Assembly: GCA_017527435.1 (NCBI GenBank)
Contig: JAFXQB010000001.1
Span: 4,696 to 68,695, forward strand
DNA: 64,000 nucleotides
Direction of reading: 5' to 3'
From: Salinivirgaceae bacterium
GTDB lineage: Bacteria; Bacteroidota; Bacteroidia; Bacteroidales; SZUA-534
Under the pieces are notes generated by a model that saw only the letters and a list, made by a program, of their open reading frames with translations, made no database searches and had not been told where the DNA came from. Position 1 is the stretch's first letter. Every line of letters begins with the position of its first letter. This document shows positions 25,774 to 35,006 of the stretch, piece after piece. The position numbers were made by a program, and so were the translations under genes.

Positions 25774-28206
25774 ATGAAGAAAATCGATTTTAAGAAATTT
25801 GTGCCGTACCTTGCGGCAATCGTAATATTCATTGCATTGGCGACCGCCTACTGCTGGCCTGCTGTTGAAGGCAAAGTGCTGTCGCAAAGCGATGTAGTGA
25901 GCGGCCAGTGTATCGGCCATGAAGTTGGCGAATACGCAAAAACCACTGGCAACACATCGTACTGGACCAACTCGCTCTTTGGCGGAATGCCCACATTCCA
26001 AATCTCATTTCCGACAACTTCATCAAAGATAATCAACACATTACGAAAGGCGTACACACTCTTTCTTGGGTCAGTTTGGGCATGGTTTCTGACGTACCTT
26101 TTCGGTTTTTTCATACTGATGCGCGCCTTCGATGTGAGCAAATGGTTATCGATAATCGGTTCGATTGCAGTAACGTTATCCACTTATTTCCTGATAATTA
26201 TAGCAGCCGGTCACATCCATAAGGTATATGCCATCGGTTATATGGCTGCCGTGATAGCCGGTTTCGTCTTCATTTTCAAGAAACGATACCTGTTAGGAGC
26301 CTGTCTGACAATGGTTTTCACGGCATTCGGAATGATTCTGCACCCGCAGATGGCCTATTATTTCATGATGATGGTGGGTATATTTAGCGTAGCAGAAGTA
26401 TATATCCATCTGAAAGACAATAGAATAAGAGATTTAGTTATCGGTGTTGGCGTTTTCGCCGCATCGCTGGGCATCGGTCTCGGAACCGGCTACAGCAACA
26501 TCAAAACTAATTCCGAGTATATGAAAGAGACTATGCGCGGCGGACACTCTGAACTGAACACCGCTGAAGGCAAGGTTCAGAAAGGCCTTGATTTCGACTA
26601 TGCAACGAGCTGGAGCTACGGCGTTGGCGAAACAATGACGCTGCTGGTGCCAAACTTCAACGGCGGCTCTTCGCACTATAATGTCGGCACGAAATCAAAT
26701 CTTTACGACGAAATGGTGAAGCAGGGCGTGCCAAAAAGCAACGCGAAACAATTCTGCCAAAGCCTGCCGATGTACTGGGGCGACCAGCCCTTCACCGAAG
26801 GTCCTGTCTACGTTGGCGCCATCATCTGTTTCCTGTTCCTGCTTGGCCTGATAATCGTCAAAAGCCCATACAAATGGGCTCTGCTGGCCGCCACAGTCTT
26901 CTCAATACTGCTCTCGTGGGGACGCCATTTTGAAGGACTCACATCGCTGTTTTTCAACTATTTCCCAATGTACAACAAGTTCCGCGCGGTGTCGTCGATA
27001 TTGGTTGTGGCCGAAGTGGCGATGCCGATTCTCGGATTTATGGCAATTCAGCAGATTATCGATAAAAAGATTGACCGCAAGGGACTTACAAAGGCTTTGT
27101 GCATTTCGGGCGGCATAACCGGCGGCATCTGCCTGCTGCTGGCTCTGTTCGGCGGCTCAATGTTCAGTTTCACATCGGTCAACGATGAGCAGATTTTCCG
27201 TCAGTTGCCCGACTGGGTCAACAAGCTGATTGTGAGCGAACGCGCATCAATGCTGACATCGGACGCATTCCGCTCGCTGCTGTTCATCGCACTTGCGTTT
27301 GGTACGCTGTGGCTGTTTGTGGCCGGAAAAATCAAAGTTAAACCGATGCTAATTGCCATCGGCTGCCTGGTGCTCATCGACCTTTGGCCGGTGAACAAGC
27401 GTTATTTCAATAACGATAACTTTGTGAACGAGAAAGACAAGAAAGGCTACTTTGCAAAGACCGACTACGAAGAGCGGATTCTGCGCGACACTGCCCCCGA
27501 TTTCCGCGTCCTGAACCTGACAACCAACACGTTCAACGATGCCCGCACGTCGTACTACCTGAAATCGGTGGGCGGATATCACGCTGCCAAACTGCGCCGC
27601 TATCAGGATTTGATTGACGAGCACATCTCGCGCGGCAACATGACTGTGCTGAACATGCTGAACACCAAATATATAATTCAGCCAACCGAGCAGGGTGCGA
27701 CACCGATGCTCAACGCTGAAGCGTGGGGCAACTGTTGGTTTGCCGACTCACTGATTGTGGCCGAATCGCCACGCGAAGAGTGCGACGCGCTGAACAGCAT
27801 CAAATCACCATCGACAATAGTTACTGACGCTAAATTCGTAAATTTGGTAAGCGATTTCAACACCGCCCACGACACGGCGGCAAGCATCAGCCTGACAAGC
27901 TACGCGCCTGACGTTTTGGAATATACATCAAATTCAAATCAGGCTAAAACGGCCGTTTTCTCTGAAATCTACTACCCCTACGGCTGGAAAGCCTACATCG
28001 ACGGGCAGCCCGCCGAGATTTTCCGTGCCAATTATATTCTGCGCGCGCTGAACATCCCGGCAGGCGAACACCAGATACGCTTCGAGTTCCGCCCCGACAC
28101 TGTCTACAAAGGCGACAAAGTGGGCGTTGCCTGTCTGATTCTGATGCTGGCATTCGTGGCCGGAAGCATCGGCTGGGGCATACGAAAGAGCTTGAAGGTT
28201 GAATAA
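25774..28206 (+). CDS. YfhO-like large polytopic membrane protein (putative extracytoplasmic glycopolymer glycosyltransferase)
   Basis: ATG 25774 (MKKIDFKKFVPYLAAIVIF...WTNSLFGGMPTFQISF); many TM segments; about 810 aa. Confidence 0.6.
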   Translation: MKKIDFKKFVPYLAAIVIFIALATAYCWPAVEGKVLSQSDVVSGQCIGHEVGEYAKTTGNTSYWTNSLFGGMPTFQISFPTTSSKIINTLRKAYTLFLGSVWAWFLTYLFGFFILMRAFDVSKWLSIIGSIAVTLSTYFLIIIAAGHIHKVYAIGYMAAVIAGFVFIFKKRYLLGACLTMVFTAFGMILHPQMAYYFMMMVGIFSVAEVYIHLKDNRIRDLVIGVGVFAASLGIGLGTGYSNIKTNSEYMKETMRGGHSELNTAEGKVQKGLDFDYATSWSYGVGETMTLLVPNFNGGSSHYNVGTKSNLYDEMVKQGVPKSNAKQFCQSLPMYWGDQPFTEGPVYVGAIICFLFLLGLIIVKSPYKWALLAATVFSILLSWGRHFEGLTSLFFNYFPMYNKFRAVSSILVVAEVAMPILGFMAIQQIIDKKIDRKGLTKALCISGGITGGICLLLALFGGSMFSFTSVNDEQIFRQLPDWVNKLIVSERASMLTSDAFRSLLFIALAFGTLWLFVAGKIKVKPMLIAIGCLVLIDLWPVNKRYFNNDNFVNEKDKKGYFAKTDYEERILRDTAPDFRVLNLTTNTFNDARTSYYLKSVGGYHAAKLRRYQDLIDEHISRGNMTVLNMLNTKYIIQPTEQGATPMLNAEAWGNCWFADSLIVAESPREECDALNSIKSPSTIVTDAKFVNLVSDFNTAHDTAASISLTSYAPDVLEYTSNSNQAKTAVFSEIYYPYGWKAYIDGQPAEIFRANYILRALNIPAGEHQIRFEFRPDTVYKGDKVGVACLILMLAFVAGSIGWGIRKSLKVE

Positions 28207-28207
28207 C

Positions 28208-28241
28208 AAAAAAACACCCGCCATTTGCGGGTGTTTTTTGT
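28208..28241. terminator. bidirectional intrinsic terminator between convergent genes
   Basis: A-run, then ACACCCGC (28214-28221) / GCGGGTGT (28227-28234), then T6. Confidence 0.8.
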
Positions 28242-28259
28242 TTACTAATATACAATCAT

Positions 28260-29582
28260 TTACGCGAGTTCATTCAGTATAACATTCACAATTTTCTGCG
28301 ACGGCATCACACCATCCTTCGGGTAGAGATATTCATTGTAGAACTCGTCGCGTTCGGCTTGCATCGTGTCGTTGCCGGCAATCACAACATTTTTAATGTA
28401 ATCCTCAACATCCGACGGCTGATAGGCATGATAATGCAAATCGAAGCACTTCTGCCCGAATGTGTTCCAGTGGTTTGCGTCCTTATCCTTGACAATGAAC
28501 ATTGTGGGTTTCCTGGTGTAGAGATATTCGGCCGTGAACGACGCACAATCGTGAATCATGGCATCTGAAGTCAGGAAAAGGTCGGCATAGTAACCATCTT
28601 CAAGTTGGCCGTTGGGCAGGTCGCGCCAGCGCTGATAGTAGGCTTCGGTGCGTTCTACGCCCCAAATGTTTATGAGTTTGAATTTTAGCACAGGGTGCGG
28701 CTTGAAGGCGATTTGAATGTCGTCTTTGTACTTCTCGGCCAACTCGAACATAAAATCGCAGTAAGCGAAGAAGTTAGAGAAATTGAACAGATAATCGACC
28801 GTATGGTGCGGTGCCCAAATTATGCGTTTCTTGCGTACAGACTGCGGCTTCCAAACATCGGCAGGCTTGTAATCGGGCAGCATAAGCGGCTCCATCCCCA
28901 AACTACCCGATACAACAGTATTGGCTCCGCCGCAAGTCTGGTACTGCTGCGAGTAGCCGCGCTGATATTCCGTCTCAACGAAAAAACGCCAAAGCAAATT
29001 GTGGAACGGAAGGTTGTAGACAATCCTGAAAATGTCGATATTCATTACACCATAAGGCGCATAGCAGTTTAGTTTGCCTTTGAACCTATAAATGTGGTAC
29101 TGCGGAAGCGTATCTTTGTATGGTTTGGTATAGAAAATAATGTCGGGGTTGAGCGTTTTTTTGACATTAAGCCATTTATTTCGCTCATTGTCAAAAGTTT
29201 GAAAATATCGATAGCCTGATTTTCGGGCAAATTCTTCCGATTGTTTCATCACATTTCGCATCTCGCCCTTATCGTAATTCAAATGTACATTGAAAGGTGT
29301 GATAACTACCACAGGCTCAAACCGTTCGCTTTTTTCGAAAAGCCAGTAAAGGCGGTCGTACTTCCAAACCGAAGGACTCTGCAGGAAAAACGCCACAATG
29401 ATTTTCTGCTTGTTTTTCAAGGTTTTGACAAATGCGTTGCGCTTACGTTCGAACTTCTTTGCTTTCAACTTCAGGCAGAATGGGAAGGCGGCAATGAAAA
29501 AATCGCCGAAAGTGAGCGTTTTGTAAAGGTTATCCCAAAACGACACATCAAAAAAGCCTTTTATTCTTTTTGCGATATTCAT
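28260..29582 (-). CDS. TagB/TagF-like CDP-alditol-phosphate transferase
   Basis: C-terminal LTSDAMIHDCASFTAEYLYTRKPTMF resembles the TagF (L/I)TDYSS..FD....KP motif. RIIWAPHHT resembles YAPTWR. Its start overlaps the stop of the SDR gene. Confidence 0.55.
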   Translation of the reverse strand: MNIAKRIKGFFDVSFWDNLYKTLTFGDFFIAAFPFCLKLKAKKFERKRNAFVKTLKNKQKIIVAFFLQSPSVWKYDRLYWLFEKSERFEPVVVITPFNVHLNYDKGEMRNVMKQSEEFARKSGYRYFQTFDNERNKWLNVKKTLNPDIIFYTKPYKDTLPQYHIYRFKGKLNCYAPYGVMNIDIFRIVYNLPFHNLLWRFFVETEYQRGYSQQYQTCGGANTVVSGSLGMEPLMLPDYKPADVWKPQSVRKKRIIWAPHHTVDYLFNFSNFFAYCDFMFELAEKYKDDIQIAFKPHPVLKFKLINIWGVERTEAYYQRWRDLPNGQLEDGYYADLFLTSDAMIHDCASFTAEYLYTRKPTMFIVKDKDANHWNTFGQKCFDLHYHAYQPSDVEDYIKNVVIAGNDTMQAERDEFYNEYLYPKDGVMPSQKIVNVILNELA

Positions 29583-30622
29583 TGCTCACGACCTTCGTAT
29601 CTGATTTGCTCTTCGATTGTCGCCTGCAATTTCGATTTCATATCGCCCCGCACGCGCCAGCCCAGGCCTTCAAGTTTCCGGGTATCGAAAAGAGCCTTTG
29701 TTATAATTTGATTATCAATACTTTCCATATCGGCCTGAATCAGCACTTTTTTGCCGCCTATGGCTGCAACCATTTCGGCCAGTTGACGGATTGTAATGCA
29801 CGAGTCAGTGTCGGCTACATTGTACGGCTGCCCTTTTTCGCCTTTCAACAGAATGTAGAGCAAGGCTCTGACGCAATCAACCACATAGCACCACGAACGC
29901 AACTGAATGCCAGCGCTTTTCATCAAAATGTCATCGTTGTTTATGATATTGCGAATGAACTGGGCGTAAACGCGATTGTCCGCCTCGGTGTAGTGCGGGC
30001 CATAAACGTGGCAAGGCCGCGCAATGACAATGTCTGTGCCATATTCGGCGGCATATGAAGCACACAGTGTCTCTGCTGCCCTTTTCGACGACGGATAGCA
30101 GGCTCGCGGTTGTGCGCAATCGACATAGCCGCTGTCGGTCTCCGCAAACTGACGGCCAGTGTTCTCGCCATAAATCTCGCCGGTCGACACATATAACATC
30201 CGCTGCATATTGTGGGCAATGCCGTATTCAGCAAGATTGACCACCCCGTAGAGATTTGATTTCATCACTTCAACAGGTTTCTGAGCGAAGAAATTGGGGC
30301 TCGCATTGCTTGCGGCATCAATAATATAATGAAAATCGACAGTAGAGTCGATTGGCTCGGAAATGTCGCCTTTAAGAAATTTAAAACGTGGATTGGCGGC
30401 GTGTTTCTCGAACAGTTTCCATGCCCGTTCCTGGTTCCGCCCCATGGCGAAAACGTTGCAGCCGGCCTTTGTGTTTAGCAAAAGCGCATCAACCAGGCAT
30501 GAGCCGATAAGGCCTGTAGCACCAGCAACAAGAATGTTTTTGCCATTCAGTTTGTCCCATGGCAGGTCTTCCTCTAAAATATTCTCTAAATCGACCTGAT
30601 AGCCGTTCGTTACTTTATCCAT
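29579..30622 (-). CDS. extended SDR (NAD-dependent epimerase/dehydratase family), candidate ribulose-5-P reductase partner of the cytidylyltransferase
   Basis: Rossmann motif VAGATGLIGSCLV; catalytic YPSSK; 13-nt overlap with the upstream cytidylyltransferase gene. Confidence 0.6.
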   Translation of the reverse strand: MDKVTNGYQVDLENILEEDLPWDKLNGKNILVAGATGLIGSCLVDALLLNTKAGCNVFAMGRNQERAWKLFEKHAANPRFKFLKGDISEPIDSTVDFHYIIDAASNASPNFFAQKPVEVMKSNLYGVVNLAEYGIAHNMQRMLYVSTGEIYGENTGRQFAETDSGYVDCAQPRACYPSSKRAAETLCASYAAEYGTDIVIARPCHVYGPHYTEADNRVYAQFIRNIINNDDILMKSAGIQLRSWCYVVDCVRALLYILLKGEKGQPYNVADTDSCITIRQLAEMVAAIGGKKVLIQADMESIDNQIITKALFDTRKLEGLGWRVRGDMKSKLQATIEEQIRYEGREQ

Positions 30623-31320
30623 TTGCTGTTCTCGCTTTTTAGTAAAGCCTTGAAAATCTCAATGTCTTCGGGCGTGGTAAGTTTCACGTTTTTCTCGGCA
30701 CCTTCTGAGAAATAGACCTTTCGCCCCAACTCAACAAACAACGTACACGACGCAATGGAATTGGTAATTCCGCGCCTTTGCGCTTCGGCATGGGCATCGG
30801 CCAAATCCTTTAAATAGAAGGCCTGCGGTGTCTGAGTGCGCTTGAGCGAAGTGCGTGCAATCTGGTCGTCGGCCGATTTGCCGTCGGCGGTCAAGAGCAT
30901 TGCTTCGGCACAGGGAATCACCGTAATGGCGTTTCCGCATTGTTGGCAGACATGAATGCAGTTGGTGATAATTTCTGCCGTGACCATCGGGCGTATGGCA
31001 TCGTGAATCAGCACAATATCATCACCACTGTGGCGCGAAAGCAAATCGGCCACACCGTTATGTATCGATTCCTGCCCGTTGGCGCCACCCGCAACCACGT
31101 TTTCGAATTTGCTGATTCCGAATTGTTTGCAATAGGCTTTGAGTACATCGTGCCAACCATCGATACAAACTACCTCAATGGAGTCAATCAGCGGGTGTTG
31201 CTGGAAAGCCTCAAGCGTGTATACTATCACAGGTTTGTCGTACACGTTCAAAAACTGTTTGGGAATGTCCTGTCCCATTCTGACACCCGAGCCGCCGGCT
31301 ATAATGATTGCAATGTTCAT
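30610..31320 (-). CDS. IspD/TarI-family cytidylyltransferase (CDP-ribitol-type)
   Basis: IIIAGGSGVRMGQDIPKQFL, IHDAIRP and TQTPQAF motifs. Confidence 0.8.
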   Translation of the reverse strand: MNIAIIIAGGSGVRMGQDIPKQFLNVYDKPVIVYTLEAFQQHPLIDSIEVVCIDGWHDVLKAYCKQFGISKFENVVAGGANGQESIHNGVADLLSRHSGDDIVLIHDAIRPMVTAEIITNCIHVCQQCGNAITVIPCAEAMLLTADGKSADDQIARTSLKRTQTPQAFYLKDLADAHAEAQRRGITNSIASCTLFVELGRKVYFSEGAEKNVKLTTPEDIEIFKALLKSENSKWIK

Positions 31321-31377
31321 TTGACTGCTTTTTGACTTGACGAAGGTACAAAGAAAACAATCCTTTAGTGCATTTGT

Positions 31378-32229
31378 TTAGATATTTCGCACTTTGAAAT
31401 CCGAAATTTGATGAGTCTCTATTTTGTCTTCAGGCGGAATCTCCATATAATTTCCGTAGATACGTTTCAGATACGAATCAACATCGTGTGGTGCTTTAAA
31501 TTTCAAACCTTCGAATTCAATCTCGCCAAGTGGAAAAATATCTGATTTGTTCCGTATGCTGTAAAATGTAGTCCCGTAATTGTGCACGTAAGTATCTCTA
31601 TGAAAAATACTGCACCATCCACTAATAATGTCTTTTATAATCACAGAGAATGGATATGCAATTATGGACAATATGTGTTTAATCTTTCCATCGTAAATTG
31701 TATTCCAGACTCTGCGCAAGCATTTTCCGTACGTTTTTTCGATGAATTTTTTTGTTGCCAGGGTGCCGCATTCCATAAATAATATATCCAGCCATAGATT
31801 ATCGTCAACAATAATAGACGAACCTTTTAGTGGTCTTTTTACAGAAGCGTTATTGTCATATACACGGCTTATAATATGTTTAGCTTTCTTTTTTAAGCCA
31901 GGATATTCGTATTTTGATTCTAACCCCGCTTCTGAATATTTATAATTTGGGTTTAGACTCTCATGCATGGCTTTTCTCAGCTTATTACGGTCCTTTTTTA
32001 GCACGCACACATCAATGTCATCATCCCATGGTATAAATCCGCCATGACGAACAGCTCCGATCAGGTTTCCTGAATCTAACCAATAATCAATGCCGTGGTT
32101 CCGGCAGACTCTGTCGAATTCAACAAGAATGGACAATTCTCTGAGTTGGATCTGCCTCAGCAGCGACCCTTCGGGATTATATTTTGCCCTTAATTCTTTA
32201 TTGTTAATTGTCGGTATGGCTGCCATCAT
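31378..32229 (-). CDS. LicD-family phosphotransferase
   Basis: DYWLDSGNLIGAVRHGGFIPWDDDIDVCV signature; the gene is visibly AT-rich. Confidence 0.8.
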   Translation of the reverse strand: MMAAIPTINNKELRAKYNPEGSLLRQIQLRELSILVEFDRVCRNHGIDYWLDSGNLIGAVRHGGFIPWDDDIDVCVLKKDRNKLRKAMHESLNPNYKYSEAGLESKYEYPGLKKKAKHIISRVYDNNASVKRPLKGSSIIVDDNLWLDILFMECGTLATKKFIEKTYGKCLRRVWNTIYDGKIKHILSIIAYPFSVIIKDIISGWCSIFHRDTYVHNYGTTFYSIRNKSDIFPLGEIEFEGLKFKAPHDVDSYLKRIYGNYMEIPPEDKIETHQISDFKVRNI

Positions 32230-32354
32230 GAAAATGTTTCTATTATTCGTTTGTAATTCTTTTCATTCCCCACTCATAAACATTGATAACGGGGCTGCTA
32301 ATTTCATATTTTTCAGTCAGCTCTTTAATAAATCGTAGTCCGAAAGGAAAAACT

Positions 32355-32411
32355 TCAGTGAAATATCTGGTTTGGCTTCACCATCCCGGCCGCCAATATT
32401 ATTGCTTGCAT
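32355..32411 (-). pseudogene. possible remnant of a nucleotidyltransferase (LicC-like) N-terminus
   Basis: An 18-codon ORF, MQAIILAAGMVKPNQIFH*. Its first 10 residues mimic the M.AIILAAG.G start of sugar/choline-phosphate nucleotidyltransferases. It lies in a 289-nt gap inside an otherwise tight operon. Confidence 0.25.
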
Positions 32412-32518
32412 ATTAAAAAGGCAACTGCTTGTATTAATTCGACTTCATTGTGAAGCAAAAATACATTCAAGAGTATAAAAAACAAATTACGAATTCTAAA
32501 TCTTAGTTAAAATTGGAA

Positions 32519-33268
32519 TTACTTCAATTGCTTCGAAAACGGATACTTAAGCACAATGGCAAAATGCGCCAACAGCGTGCGCCACAAGCCGAAATGGCTT
32601 CGCATTATTCTGTAACGCTCAAACCATGACGCCTTGCGGTTCTTGGCCGATATGCCCGACTGCATGAATTTCGACAAGTAGCCGTCGATATAAACATTGC
32701 GACGCGACTGTTTCAGAACACCGCAAACCCAGTCATAGTCAGCCGAATAGCGGTACTGCAAATCATATTTTGGAGCTATGCTTTTCCTCACTATAATCGA
32801 TTGGTGGCAGACTACCAAACCATTCAGCAAACTATTGAGTTGCAAGCTTTTGGGTGCAATCTTGTGGCGCTCACCACACGGTGTGCCATTGGTGTCGATA
32901 ATGAGCGTCTGACCATAAACCACATCAACTGAATCTGTTACGGCATTGGCAACAATTTGCGTTGTGCCAACGTCAAATATCTCATCTCCGGCATTTATGA
33001 ACCAGACAAAATCGCCCGTGGCCATTTGCAGACCTTTGTTCATAGCATCGTACAATCCCCTGTCGGGCTCGCTTATCCATTTAAAATCAATACCTTTCGC
33101 ACGAATTTGTTCTTCAAAATCATTGATAACGCCAACTGTGCCGTCAGTCGATTTTCCATCAACAATAATATATTCAACGTTGGGATACGATTGTGCCACA
33201 ACACTTTGAATGGTTTTTGGCAAGAAACGCTCAGCGTTGAATGTTATAGTGATTATTGATAATTTCAT
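32519..33268 (-). CDS. family-2 glycosyltransferase
   Basis: LSIITITFNAERFLPKTIQSV...VDGKSTDGT N-terminal GT-A signature. Confidence 0.85.
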   Translation of the reverse strand: MKLSIITITFNAERFLPKTIQSVVAQSYPNVEYIIVDGKSTDGTVGVINDFEEQIRAKGIDFKWISEPDRGLYDAMNKGLQMATGDFVWFINAGDEIFDVGTTQIVANAVTDSVDVVYGQTLIIDTNGTPCGERHKIAPKSLQLNSLLNGLVVCHQSIIVRKSIAPKYDLQYRYSADYDWVCGVLKQSRRNVYIDGYLSKFMQSGISAKNRKASWFERYRIMRSHFGLWRTLLAHFAIVLKYPFSKQLK

Positions 33269-33277
33269 ATGGATTAA

Positions 33278-34816
33278 CTATTTATTAGCCAATAATTTGC
33301 CAATATGCAATTTCTCGTCAACAAACCGCAGTGTACTCTGCCGCTCATTTGGCGTAAGTCCTAAAAGAAACACTGACAAACCTGTCATCAAAACCGACGC
33401 GGCCACAACAGTGACAAATCTTATAAAACCATAGCTGATATTTGCTTCGAGCAGCATTGGGAATATTGTCGCCACAACGGTTACGGCCAGCACCGGCAGC
33501 ACTACACTCTTCAGATACATCCGTAACGACAGACCGACGCACTTGCGAACGAACAATAATCGCACTAAAACGGCTATGGCACAAATGATTATCGATACGT
33601 AAAAGACGGTTTCGGGTGGGAATCCCAGTTTCAGGAACAAATACGAAACCGGCAGAATCAGCAGAATGAATCCGCCGACAGCCAAATTATAGTTCCGAAT
33701 CTTGCCATAAGCCTGTATAGCAGCCGCCAGCGGGTTCGCCAACGATTCAACCACGGCGTTTATGACCACTAGCCGGGTAAACAATATCGTATAATCGGGC
33801 ACTTTTTTCAACCAGAGTCCAAGAAGGAACGGCGTTTCGAGCAACACTGGCAATGCAACTGCAAATATCAGATAATAAGTGAATTTCGAACTTTGACACA
33901 CTAGTTTGAGCATACCGCTTCGGTCGCCGGCCGAATATGACTTTATGAGTTGAGGACGCACCGCCCAGTAGAAATTGTCGGCAAACGTCTGTATGCTTTG
34001 AAAAACCTTGTAGGCAAGGCCCCGTGCGGCATTGACAGCCGGGCCGAAAAATATGTTAATCAGAATATTCAGTCCGTGACTTTTGCAAATGCCTGATATT
34101 GAGCCTACCATATTCCATCCGGCAAAACCGAGTATCTCACAAAACCGTTCGCGGTTCCAATAAAACATCAGTTTGCATTCGGGATAAAAAACTCGGCAAT
34201 AAATAATATAAAATGCTGAAATCGCAGCATTTACAGCAGCCATAAGTATCGCATACAATATCAGTCTGTCGCCGCCGTAATGTGCTATCAGAATGGCTAT
34301 CCCCAAACCGCCAACAACATCAATAACAGTCAGATAGGCGAACACTTTCATCTTTTCCTTGGCTATCACCATACCCATATAGGGTGTCCGGATTATGGTG
34401 AACACAAACGACAGAATGCTCAAATGGAACACCCAGCGCGCCGCATCCATACGGCTTGCCACTTTCATCTTGCTCTGCAGCAGCCAAATACCCGATACTT
34501 CGGTTGCCAACGCCAGCACCACAATTATTATCGCAAAAACCAGCACACAAAGGCTGAACGTGCGCCGCAACTCATCGAAATTGCCACGCCCGATCTCGTA
34601 AGAGTAGAACCGCTGGCACGATGTTGACATTGTGCTGCTTAAGAACGAGAACATCATCACAATTGCGCCCACAGCATTGTAAACGCCAAAATCGACCTCG
34701 CCCAGCGCATCGAGCACAACACGCGACGTGTAGAGCCCGACAATCATCACCACGCCAATGCGCAAATAGAGCAGCATGGTGTTTTTCGCTATCCGTTTCT
34801 GGTCGATTGCTGACAT
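33278..34816 (-). CDS. polysaccharide flippase (Wzx / MATE-like)
   Basis: Multi-TM protein. I prefer ATG 34816 (MSAIDQKRIAKNTMLLYLRIG) because a -7 box lies inside the longer track ORF (to 34879). Confidence 0.75.
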   Translation of the reverse strand: MSAIDQKRIAKNTMLLYLRIGVVMIVGLYTSRVVLDALGEVDFGVYNAVGAIVMMFSFLSSTMSTSCQRFYSYEIGRGNFDELRRTFSLCVLVFAIIIVVLALATEVSGIWLLQSKMKVASRMDAARWVFHLSILSFVFTIIRTPYMGMVIAKEKMKVFAYLTVIDVVGGLGIAILIAHYGGDRLILYAILMAAVNAAISAFYIIYCRVFYPECKLMFYWNRERFCEILGFAGWNMVGSISGICKSHGLNILINIFFGPAVNAARGLAYKVFQSIQTFADNFYWAVRPQLIKSYSAGDRSGMLKLVCQSSKFTYYLIFAVALPVLLETPFLLGLWLKKVPDYTILFTRLVVINAVVESLANPLAAAIQAYGKIRNYNLAVGGFILLILPVSYLFLKLGFPPETVFYVSIIICAIAVLVRLLFVRKCVGLSLRMYLKSVVLPVLAVTVVATIFPMLLEANISYGFIRFVTVVAASVLMTGLSVFLLGLTPNERQSTLRFVDEKLHIGKLLANK

Positions 34817-34830
34817 AGTGTTGTTTGTTG

Positions 34831-34838
34831 CAAATGTA
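34831..34838 (-). promoter_or_regulatory. candidate -7 box (TACATTTG on minus strand) for the glycopolymer operon
   Basis: Plus-strand CAAATGTA; 14 nt upstream of ATG 34816. Confidence 0.45.
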
Positions 34839-34919
34839 GCTTTTTTGCGTTCATACAGTATCATCCTTTCCAAATACAAACGCTAACGCAAGACCATTTG
34901 TTATAAATAGTTCCCCTAA

Positions 34920-34950
34920 ACAAAAACTTCAACCATAAAGGCTGAAGTTT
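34920..34950 (-). terminator. intrinsic terminator downstream of dcp
   Basis: Stem AACTTCAACC (34925-34934) / GGCTGAAGTT (34940-34949) with one mismatch. On the minus strand it is followed by TTTTTGTTT. Confidence 0.55.
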
Positions 34951-35006
34951 TGCTATTGTACAGATGACAAATCATCGAACGCACTGTTTATAAATCTACA
35001 ATTTAA

